DNA from: an uncultured delta proteobacterium
GTDB lineage: Bacteria; Myxococcota; Kuafuiibacteriia; Kuafuiibacteriales; Kuafuiibacteriaceae
Assembly (NCBI GenBank): GCA_963803435.1
Contig: CAWDML010000001.1
Location: 2,944,001 to 3,008,000, forward strand
Direction of reading: 5' to 3'
Length of the DNA stretch: 64,000 bases
The notes under the pieces were generated by a model. It was not told where the DNA came from. It did no database searches and was given only the letters and a program-made list of their open reading frames with translations. A program made the translations under genes and the position numbers. Positions 56,651 through 64,000 of this stretch are shown here, one piece after another. How positions within the stretch are numbered: position 1 is the first letter of the stretch; each line of letters opens with the position of its first letter.

Positions 56651-57702
56651 CAAGGTGGCGCCAGCGGGATCTCGAAGTCGAAGTTGGCATCCGCAGACCG
56701 GTTGTAGCGGTCGAGCCAGGGCGAATAGGTCCGCACGCTCACCGCCAGCCGGTCGGTACCCACGCGACGGATCTTCTCCGTGAGCATCCAACCCTCCCCG
56801 CCGTGCTCCATCGTCTGAAAGTTCGCGAGCACCTGGTGGACGAGGTTGCCGTGGACGCCGGCGTCGGTGCGGTAGCCGTGGCAGCCCTCCTCCCGCGCGC
56901 GAGGTCCGGTGGTCACGTGACCGCTGGTGACCTTGTAGATGTTCGGGTGCAGCTTGATGAGCTTGTCCCAGATCTGCTCGCCATCGTTGCCTCCGCCCAG
57001 CTCGGGATACTCGGCCGGGTCTCCGTTGTCCTCGGGTCCCAGCCGGGTGTTGTCGCTGTACATGTAGCTGTGCGTGTTGATCTGCACGTGGCAGTCGGGG
57101 TGCTGTCGCACGACCTCGTTGGCCCAGGCGAGGACGTCGTCGGTGGGACCGAACGCCATGCTGATGACGAGGAACTTCGCGAACCCGGCGTCGACGAGGT
57201 GCCAGGTGTTCGAGCTGGTCTCGTCGAAGCTGCCCCCGAACGTCGGCATCGCGCGGAAGCGCTGGAGCGGGAAGGTGCTCTCCCACTCGACCATGTCGCG
57301 GCGGGCGCTCGGGGAGCCCGCGACGCCGTCGCCGGGGGCCATGTCGTGGTTGCCGGGGGCAACGGTGTACGGAACACCGCCGTCCTCGAGGATCTTCAGG
57401 GAGGCGTCAGCCTCGATCCACTGCTCACGCTTCTTGGGCTGGTTCACCACGTCGCCCTCGTGCACGACCAGCCGGATGTTGTCGGCGCGGGCCCGCTCTC
57501 GAATGTAGAGCGTCTGCGCGCGGAAGATCTCCGGGAAGCTCTCCGAGTAGTATTGAGTGTCCGGCAGGATCGCGAGGGTCACCGAGTCGCGCCCAGCGCC
57601 GAGCGAGGCGAGGATGAAGGGCCGCACGGCGAACGCGCCCGCCGCCGTCGCGGCAGCGCCCAGCAGGACGTTGCGCCGCGTCCAGGCGGGCGCACGCTCC
57701 AT
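56647..57702 (-). CDS. Tat-exported calcineurin-like metallophosphoesterase
   Basis: TRRNVL Tat signal; LPDTQ, HEGDVV, PGNHD, NTHSY, SGH motifs. Confidence 0.85.
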   Translation of the reverse strand: MERAPAWTRRNVLLGAAATAAGAFAVRPFILASLGAGRDSVTLAILPDTQYYSESFPEIFRAQTLYIRERARADNIRLVVHEGDVVNQPKKREQWIEADASLKILEDGGVPYTVAPGNHDMAPGDGVAGSPSARRDMVEWESTFPLQRFRAMPTFGGSFDETSSNTWHLVDAGFAKFLVISMAFGPTDDVLAWANEVVRQHPDCHVQINTHSYMYSDNTRLGPEDNGDPAEYPELGGGNDGEQIWDKLIKLHPNIYKVTSGHVTTGPRAREEGCHGYRTDAGVHGNLVHQVLANFQTMEHGGEGWMLTEKIRRVGTDRLAVSVRTYSPWLDRYNRSADANFDFEIPLAPPC

Positions 57703-57950
57703 GCGATCTTCGGGGGACGACTTCCCGACGGACCGACCGCCCCACAGGCCGCGCCCCACGAGACGGTCGATCCGGCCGGCGAGCAGATCGATTCGAGCCA
57801 CGCCCGTTTATCGTGGGTTCGAGGCTCGAGTTGTCCCCGGCTGCGCGCTCGACCGATGCGCGGCACCTCCGTGTACATCGTTCGAACGGGCCGCTCGGAG
57901 CCCTTCTGCGCCGGAAGAGCGCGGGGACCCTCGTGTTACCAGGTCCCCAA

Positions 57951-58613
57951 TCAAAGCAGCAGATCGGGCTTCGCGGTGTTCGCGATCCGGTTTCTCAGGC
58001 GCTTCACCAGCTGAGCGAGCAGCACCAGCCCGAAGAACGAGAGCGCGGCCCCCCAGCCGAAGCGCGACAACGGGCTCTCCACCGTGGCGAGCACGAACAG
58101 CCCGCCACCGAGGAGGAGGCCGCTGCCGAACAGCGACAGCGTGTGCCCCCACAGACTCTCGATCGTGAAGCCGCGCTTGCACTGGCTGCACTCGTACACG
58201 TACTCGGTGCCCGTCGGGACACCGTTGTGCGTTCGCCGCGTGATCTTCGCGGCCGCGGCGGTGCCCCCGCAGCTCGCGCACGTCCGGAGCGGCGGACCGT
58301 CGCGATACCGGATCTGGGGAACTGGCGCATCGGGGACCACCGGGTTGGCGCCGTCCGCCCGAGACCGGCGCCAGGCGATCGCCAGAAGAACGACACCGAT
58401 GAAGATCGGGAGCGTCAGGACACCCGCAATCCAGAGGCCGATCAGCTTCCCGCGCGGATGGATCGTGAAGCGCGCGCCGCACGCCTGACACCGATAGTCG
58501 CGCGTCGACGAGCCGGTGGCCGCACCGAAGACGCTGTGCTTCCAGTCCGAGACGAGCACGACCGCAGAAGCTTCACACCGGCGGCATCGCCGGACCTCCG
58601 TCGAATGGACCAC
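57951..58613 (-). CDS. Membrane protein with two zinc-ribbon (CxxC...CxxC) modules
   Basis: CRRC...YRCQACGARFTI + TM, then CASC...YECSQCKRGFTI + TM. Confidence 0.75.
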   Translation of the reverse strand: MVHSTEVRRCRRCEASAVVLVSDWKHSVFGAATGSSTRDYRCQACGARFTIHPRGKLIGLWIAGVLTLPIFIGVVLLAIAWRRSRADGANPVVPDAPVPQIRYRDGPPLRTCASCGGTAAAAKITRRTHNGVPTGTEYVYECSQCKRGFTIESLWGHTLSLFGSGLLLGGGLFVLATVESPLSRFGWGAALSFFGLVLLAQLVKRLRNRIANTAKPDLLL

Positions 58614-58667
58614 GCGGCCTTCTATCGCGTTTTCGTCGCGCGCGAAGCTGCCGGGGTCACAACGTCC

Positions 58668-59510
58668 TCACGAAAGTGTGTCCTCGGCGACGACCGTCCA
58701 GTCCCGGTGGCCGTTCCCCTGGTCGATCGCCTCGTCCATGCGGGCCGCGATCGAAGGGAGCGCAGCGAGCTCGACGTTGGCGCGCGCCGCCTCTTCGAGC
58801 ATCAAGCGGGCGTCCTTCCTCGCCATGGCCAGCTCCCACGAGGGCTCGTCGAAGCGCCCGGCGATCATGCGCTGCATCCGCGCCGGCAGCGTGGTCCCGG
58901 GGTTGAAGTGCTCGAGCAGGGTCGCCGCCTCACGAGGTGGGACGCCGAGGGCCTTCGCCAGCGCGAGCATGTCCGCGAGACCGGCGTTGAGAAACATGAG
59001 CAGCAGGTTCCCGAGCAGCTTGAAGGACGCGGCCGCCTCCGGCCGCTCACCCAGATCGAGGAGCTTTCCCGTCATGGCCCCGAGCGCGTCCCGCACGGGA
59101 TCGATCCGTGCGCGATCTCCGGACACGAGCATCATGCCGGTGGACTCGAGCGCGTTCTGCGGCCCCATGAAGACGGGTGCGTGCACGAACGTCGGCCAGC
59201 GCTTGCTGCGCGCCAGCGCGCCGGTAGCGGAGGTGGTGGTGTGATCGACGATGATCACGCCCGGCGCGAGCTCCGCACGCTCGATCACGCGGTCGACGGC
59301 GTCGTCGTCCGAGAGGCTCAGGTGCACGCGAAGAACCCCGCGTGCAGCCTCGGCCGGATCGGAGAAGACCTTCGCACCGACCTCTTCGAGCGGGCGCGCC
59401 TTCTCCTCCGTCCGGTTCCAGACGCGCACGTCTTCACCGCGACGGCGCAGCGCCCGCACGAAGCCCGAACCGATCAAACCTGTTCCAAAGAAAGCGACCA
59501 TGGAGGTCAC
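58668..59510 (-). CDS. NAD(P)-dependent oxidoreductase, 3-hydroxyisobutyrate dehydrogenase family
   Basis: FFGTGLIG, WNRT, HAPVFMG, FKLLGN, MARKD. Confidence 0.88.
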   Translation of the reverse strand: MTSMVAFFGTGLIGSGFVRALRRRGEDVRVWNRTEEKARPLEEVGAKVFSDPAEAARGVLRVHLSLSDDDAVDRVIERAELAPGVIIVDHTTTSATGALARSKRWPTFVHAPVFMGPQNALESTGMMLVSGDRARIDPVRDALGAMTGKLLDLGERPEAAASFKLLGNLLLMFLNAGLADMLALAKALGVPPREAATLLEHFNPGTTLPARMQRMIAGRFDEPSWELAMARKDARLMLEEAARANVELAALPSIAARMDEAIDQGNGHRDWTVVAEDTLS

Positions 59511-59523
59511 TCTACGTTCGCCG

Positions 59524-60297
59524 TCACTCTTTTTCCCAGACCGGCGGGCGTTTCTCGAGGAAAGCGCGCATGCCCTCCTTCTGGTCGGCGGTCGCAAAAA
59601 TGAGCCCGAAGACCTGCGCCTCGAAGTCACAGGCCGCGCCCAGCTCGACCTCCTCCCCCCGACGCGCCGAGCGCTTGGCGAGCGCCACCGCCGTGGGCCC
59701 GTTCTTGACGATCGCCTGCGCGATCTCGCCCACGCGCTCCCGGAGCTTCTCGGCAGGTACGACCTCGTTTACCAGCCCGATGCGGAGCGCCTCGTCGGCC
59801 TTGATCGTCGCGCCGGTGTATAGCAGCTGCCGCGCCATCGCCGGGCCGACGCGGCGTCCCAGGCGCACCGTTCCGCCGAACCCGGGGGTGACGCCAAGCG
59901 CGACCTCGGGCTGACCGAACCGCGCCCGGTCCGACGCGATGGCGAAGTCGCAGGCCAGCATCAGCTCGCAGCCCCCGCCCAGGGCGAAGCCGTTGACCTC
60001 GGCGATCACCGGCAGCGGCAGCGACTCCAGCTTCATCAGCGTTCGCTGGCCCAGCCACGCGAACTCGCTCGCCTGCACCGCGCCCAGCCCCGCCATCTCC
60101 GAGATGTCCGCGCCGGCGACGAACGACTTCTCTCCGCCGCCGGTGATCACGACGACGCGCGTCCGGCGATCGATGGCCTCGATCGCGCGATCGAGCTCGA
60201 TCATGGTGGCGCGATCGAGCGCGTTCAGGACCTTCGGGCGATCGATGACGATGCGGGTGACAGCACCTTCGGTCTCGACCTTCAAGCTCTCGTACAT
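59524..60297 (-). CDS. Enoyl-CoA hydratase (crotonase)
   Basis: RPKVLNAL, FVAGADISEM, NGFALGGGCEL, FGQPEV, EGMRAFLEKR. Confidence 0.95.
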   Translation of the reverse strand: MYESLKVETEGAVTRIVIDRPKVLNALDRATMIELDRAIEAIDRRTRVVVITGGGEKSFVAGADISEMAGLGAVQASEFAWLGQRTLMKLESLPLPVIAEVNGFALGGGCELMLACDFAIASDRARFGQPEVALGVTPGFGGTVRLGRRVGPAMARQLLYTGATIKADEALRIGLVNEVVPAEKLRERVGEIAQAIVKNGPTAVALAKRSARRGEEVELGAACDFEAQVFGLIFATADQKEGMRAFLEKRPPVWEKE

Positions 60298-60320
60298 GGC
60301 GGCCGAGCCTAGCAGAGTCC

Positions 60321-60349
60321 TGGCCGTTATCGGCGACATGAAGTCGCCT
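60321..60349. repeat. Third copy of the REP-like palindromic repeat
   Basis: tggccgttatcggcgacatgaagtcgcct, 28/29 identical to 41994-42022. Confidence 0.8.
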
Positions 60350-60355
60350 ACGCCG

Positions 60356-62740
60356 TCAATACCGGACGGTGTTGCTGATCCGGACCTCGTCGATGTCCCC
60401 GAAGAAGCGATAGATCGCCCCGCCCGCACCCTCGCGCTGGGCGCCGATCCACGCCGTCGACGACGACGCGGTCCACTGGATTGGGCCGGCGGCCTGCGCG
60501 ACCTGCACGCCATCGACGAACAGCCGCAGACCGGCCGCGGTGCTGACGGTGGCGGCCACGTGGGCCCAGGTGCCGTTGGTGAGCGCCGCCGCGGCGGTGG
60601 CGCTGGTGACCAGCCCGGCCGCGCTGCGGGTCTCGAAGAACAGCGAGCCGTCGTCGAGTGCCAAGAGGCGCACGCCCGGGCCGGGCGCGAGCGCGTCCCG
60701 ATCGCTGTAGAGGACCGCGCGCGTCCGTCCATTGAACGCCGCCCCGGCCTTGCGCACGGTCATCTCGAACGTGGCGTTGCCCGGCGCCGGCGCGCTCTTC
60801 TGCGTGTCGATCCAGCCCTCTTCGCCGGCCGTCATCGCCGCCTGGTAAGCGTTGCCGAGCGCGGTCGCCCGCGAGGTCACCTGGGCCCAGGTCCCCGAGA
60901 GGATCGCGTTCGGCGCGCCGCCGCACTCGTCGACCAGCGGTGTCGGGTTGTCGAAGGAGAACAGGCTCACGCAGCTCCCGTCCGCCAGCAGCGGCCTGAG
61001 ATAGAAGGGCTCGAAGACCGCGTTGACCGTGACGTTGCCGCTGAGCGTCAGCATGCAAGTTGGGTTGACGCCGGCGGCGGCGCAAGCCCCGCCCCACCCA
61101 CCGAAGACCGCGGTCCCCTGGGGCGCCGCCGTCAGGGTGATCTGCGCGCCTCCGGCAAAGCTGGCGTTGCAGGTGGGCGCGCAGCTGATCCCCGCCGGAT
61201 TCGAGGTGACGGCGCCGGGGCCGGTGACCGCGACCGTGACGCTGATCTGCCCCACGTCGAATTGAGCGCTGACGTCGGCGGCCGCGTCGACGGTGATCAT
61301 GCAGGTCGCGTTGACGCCGGCGGCCGCGCAGGCGCCGCCCCAGCCGGTGAAGGCGTTCGCGGCGTCAGGCATCGCGGTGAGTGTGAGCGCCGTGCCCGGC
61401 CCGAACGACGAGGTGCAGGTGCCGCCGCAGTCGATCCCGCTCGGAGTCGACACCACGCGTCCCGTACCGTTCCCCATCTTCGTCACGGTGACCGGGTACG
61501 CGACGCCGTCGAACGTCGCCGTGACGTTCTGGGCTCGGTCCATCGTCACCACACAGTCGGCCGCTCCGGTGCAGGCACCGCTCCAGCCGGAGAAGGTCGA
61601 GGCCGGCGCCGCGGTCGCGGTGAGCGTGACCACGTCCCCCTCCACGAAGTCCATGGCGCAGGTCGCGCCGCAGTCGATGCCGGCGGGCGACGAGACCACC
61701 AGACCGGCGCCCGCCCCCGCCTTGGTCACGGTGAGCGGATACGTCTGCGTGTCGAACCGCGCCCCGACGGTGCGGGCCTGGTCCATCGTCACCACGCAGG
61801 TCCCGGTACCCGAGCAGGCGCCGGACCAGCCGCCGAACGTCGAATTGTTCGCCGCCACCGGCACCGCCGTCAGCGTGACCATCTCGTCGAGCATGTAGCC
61901 GTACTCGCAGGTGCCGTGCCCGATCGAGCCGCGACCGCAGTTGATCCCCGCCGGCGCCGAGGTCACGCGCCCGCTGCCGAACCCCGACGTCTGGACCGTG
62001 AGCAGGTACCCCGTCGGATCGAACCGGGCGGCGACGGTCTTGTCTCCGTCCATCGTCACCATGCACGTGAGGTCGGTCCCGGTGCACGCGCCCGTCCATC
62101 CTCCGAAGCCCGAGAGCGCGAACGGCGTCGCCGCCAGCGTGATCGTGGTCCCCTGGGGAAAGGCGCGCTCGCACGACGGACCGCAGTTGATCCCGCCGGG
62201 CGAGGAGGTGATCCCGCCCGAGCCCGCGCCAATCGTCTGCACGGTCAACAGCTGACCCGGGACGCACTGCCCGTCGGAGCACACTTGGTCGCCCGGACAG
62301 GCGGCCGGCGTCCATTCGTTGCCGCGCGCGCCGCAGGTCTCGACCGCCTCCTCCTCGACGCCGAGCGCGCAACGCTTCGCGCCGGGGGTGCAGATCTTGA
62401 GGATCGTCAGCTCGAAGTCGAGCCGGTTCTCCTCGCGCGTCCCGACGGGGATCGCCTTGGTGGTGATCGTCTTGGTGACCGACTCGTAGCCGTCGATCGT
62501 CGCGGTCACCTGGTACCGAACCGCGACCTTGGGTCCCTCGGCGATGACGAACGCGCCGCCGGCGTCGGTCGCCACCTCCTCCGTGGCGGGCATCGTGCTG
62601 ACTCGCACCCCCTCGAGCGGATCACCGGTCTCCGTATCGATCACCTGCCCGACGATCGTCGTGTTCGTATCGACCTCCGGGTCCCCGGTGTTGCACGCCA
62701 CCAGAGCCACGAGGAGGCCGGACGCCCTCCCGATTCGCAT
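60356..62740 (-). CDS. Surface lipoprotein: carboxypeptidase-regulatory-like domain, five InlB-B-like repeats, LamG domain
   Basis: LVAC lipobox; five G.G.V.S.P.GI.C...F.GW.GAC repeats; WAHVAAT, LFVDG, FGDIDEVRI. Confidence 0.85.
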   Translation of the reverse strand: MRIGRASGLLVALVACNTGDPEVDTNTTIVGQVIDTETGDPLEGVRVSTMPATEEVATDAGGAFVIAEGPKVAVRYQVTATIDGYESVTKTITTKAIPVGTREENRLDFELTILKICTPGAKRCALGVEEEAVETCGARGNEWTPAACPGDQVCSDGQCVPGQLLTVQTIGAGSGGITSSPGGINCGPSCERAFPQGTTITLAATPFALSGFGGWTGACTGTDLTCMVTMDGDKTVAARFDPTGYLLTVQTSGFGSGRVTSAPAGINCGRGSIGHGTCEYGYMLDEMVTLTAVPVAANNSTFGGWSGACSGTGTCVVTMDQARTVGARFDTQTYPLTVTKAGAGAGLVVSSPAGIDCGATCAMDFVEGDVVTLTATAAPASTFSGWSGACTGAADCVVTMDRAQNVTATFDGVAYPVTVTKMGNGTGRVVSTPSGIDCGGTCTSSFGPGTALTLTAMPDAANAFTGWGGACAAAGVNATCMITVDAAADVSAQFDVGQISVTVAVTGPGAVTSNPAGISCAPTCNASFAGGAQITLTAAPQGTAVFGGWGGACAAAGVNPTCMLTLSGNVTVNAVFEPFYLRPLLADGSCVSLFSFDNPTPLVDECGGAPNAILSGTWAQVTSRATALGNAYQAAMTAGEEGWIDTQKSAPAPGNATFEMTVRKAGAAFNGRTRAVLYSDRDALAPGPGVRLLALDDGSLFFETRSAAGLVTSATAAAALTNGTWAHVAATVSTAAGLRLFVDGVQVAQAAGPIQWTASSSTAWIGAQREGAGGAIYRFFGDIDEVRISNTVRY

Positions 62741-62762
62741 GTCCCCCGGAGCTTAGCGGGCT

Positions 62763-63314
62763 CTACAAGACGCGCGCGAGCATCACCTCGCCATACACGC
62801 GCAGAGCCTCCAGGAATGGCTCGGATTCGTCAATCGGGAGCTCGAGACGCTCGCTCCAGGTGGGACCGGGAAGCTGCTCCTCCAGCGAGGCGAGCCGGAG
62901 GAGGCCCTCATCCATCTGGCCCAGGAGCAACAGCGCCGGCAGCCGCTGGATCTTCGACTTGCCCGCGGTCTGCACCAAATATTGGAACTGGCGGACGGTA
63001 TCGACGTGCCGATCCTGGCGCGCGTCGGCGATGTAGATCAGGCCGTCGAGCCCCACGAACAGGCCGCGCATCCGCACGTCGGCCTTCTCCAGCCCGTGCC
63101 ACTCGTAGATCTCGAGCTCGACCGGGCGGCCCTCCCGCTCCGCTTCGATCGGGAGCACGCCCATCTGCGTCGGGCCGATCACCGAGGACCCGAAGGTCTC
63201 CCGCCGTCCGGCCCGGCCGATCTGGTCCAGCCGATCGGTCTTTCCCACGGCCGGCGGTCCCGCCAGGACCACCTTCAGGATCAAGCGGTCCCGCTTCAGA
63301 TCGACGAACGCCAT
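62763..63314 (-). CDS. Divergent MglA-like small GTPase
   Basis: MAFVD....LILKVVLAGPPAVGKT, GLDGLIYIAD resemble MglA; G3 and G4 motifs are degenerate. Confidence 0.65.
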   Translation of the reverse strand: MAFVDLKRDRLILKVVLAGPPAVGKTDRLDQIGRAGRRETFGSSVIGPTQMGVLPIEAEREGRPVELEIYEWHGLEKADVRMRGLFVGLDGLIYIADARQDRHVDTVRQFQYLVQTAGKSKIQRLPALLLLGQMDEGLLRLASLEEQLPGPTWSERLELPIDESEPFLEALRVYGEVMLARVL

Positions 63315-63323
63315 CGCGTGCGC

Positions 63324-64000
63324 TCAGGATAACCGCTTCCGCTCCACCGCGTCGATGATCTGGGCCTCGAGGTGGACACCGTCGAAGCGATTGATCTCCT
63401 GGAGACCGGTCGGGCTGGTCACGTTGATCTCCGTCAGATACCCGCCGATGACGTCGATGCCCACGAACAGCAGCCCGCGCCGGGCCAGCTCCGGTCCCAC
63501 GGCCCGGCAGATCTCCTGGTCGCGCTCGGTCAGCACCGACTTCTCGGCGGCGCCGCCGACGTGCAGGTTCGCCCGCAGGTCGCCGGCCCGGGGCCTGCGA
63601 TTGACCGCGCCGATGGGCTCGCCGTCGAGGAGGATGATGCGCTTGTCCCCTTCGTGCACCGACGCGATGAACGCCTGGGCCTCGATCATCACGCGCCCCT
63701 CGTTGGTGAGCAGATCGATCGCCGAGCCCAGGTTCATGTCGCCCCGGCCCACGCGAAGGATCCCGAAGCCGCCCGCGCCGCTGAGCGGCTTCACCACCGC
63801 ATGCTCGACCTCCTCGACGAACTGCCGCAGCCGGGCCCGATCCGCGGTCACGAGCGTCGGCGGCATCAGGTCGGGGAAGAAGAGCGCCGCCAGCTTCTCG
63901 TTGTAGTCGCGGAGCGCCGAGGGCCGGTTCACCATCACGACGCGAGAGGCGTCGACACGGTCGAGCACCAGGGTGGCGAGGAAGTAGTTGGCATCGACCG
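63324..64000 (-). CDS. gshB: Glutathione synthetase (5' part outside the window)
   Basis: VNRPSALRDYNEKL, KPLSGAGG, GDKRI, RANLHVGG, GIDVIG..LTEINVTSPTG. Confidence 0.93.
   Translation of the reverse strand, partial: VDANYFLATLVLDRVDASRVVMVNRPSALRDYNEKLAALFFPDLMPPTLVTADRARLRQFVEEVEHAVVKPLSGAGGFGILRVGRGDMNLGSAIDLLTNEGRVMIEAQAFIASVHEGDKRIILLDGEPIGAVNRRPRAGDLRANLHVGGAAEKSVLTERDQEICRAVGPELARRGLLFVGIDVIGGYLTEINVTSPTGLQEINRFDGVHLEAQIIDAVERKRLS

Noticed and set aside
59939-63358. 1139-aa plus-strand ORF and many other long antisense ORFs (e.g. 11105-13891, 34631-36565, 9180-11315)
   Set aside because: Antisense shadows of real genes, expected at this high GC; low-complexity Arg/Gly/Ala composition and no motifs

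Overview
High-GC bacterial chromosomal window with Myxococcota-like gene content: Ser/Thr kinases, an FHA-sigma54 activator, several ECF sigma factors, Cys-rich lipoproteins and an MglA-like GTPase. Housekeeping blocks flank the window. Left: 2-oxoacid dehydrogenase E1alpha/E2/E3 with lipB, waaA-msbA-GT39-GT2, polA, tatA and prc. Right: skp-lpxD-fabZ-lpxA-lpxB, acyl-CoA catabolism genes and gshB. Between them lies an accessory region of about 31 kb (18-49 kb). The most striking element is a 4-gene operon (28967-36529, minus strand). It encodes (i) a fusion of a cNMP-like domain, a DmsB-type 4x[4Fe-4S] domain interrupted by an FAD/NAD(P) reductase, and a 4-His di-heme-b-like membrane domain; (ii) a membrane TPR protein; (iii) a 33-CxxCH cytochrome c; and (iv) an outer-membrane beta-barrel. 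Together these form a candidate NAD(P)H-to-cell-surface electron wire. Also notable are an ECF/anti-sigma/caspase-barrel/kinase operon, a kinase-TPR-lipoprotein module present twice, paralogous lipoprotein N-domains, a REP-like repeat, probable leaderless promoters, CTG starts and one frameshifted acyl-CoA dehydrogenase. No rRNA, tRNA, CRISPR array or transposase was recognised. All calls come from reading motifs by eye; no database searches were run.
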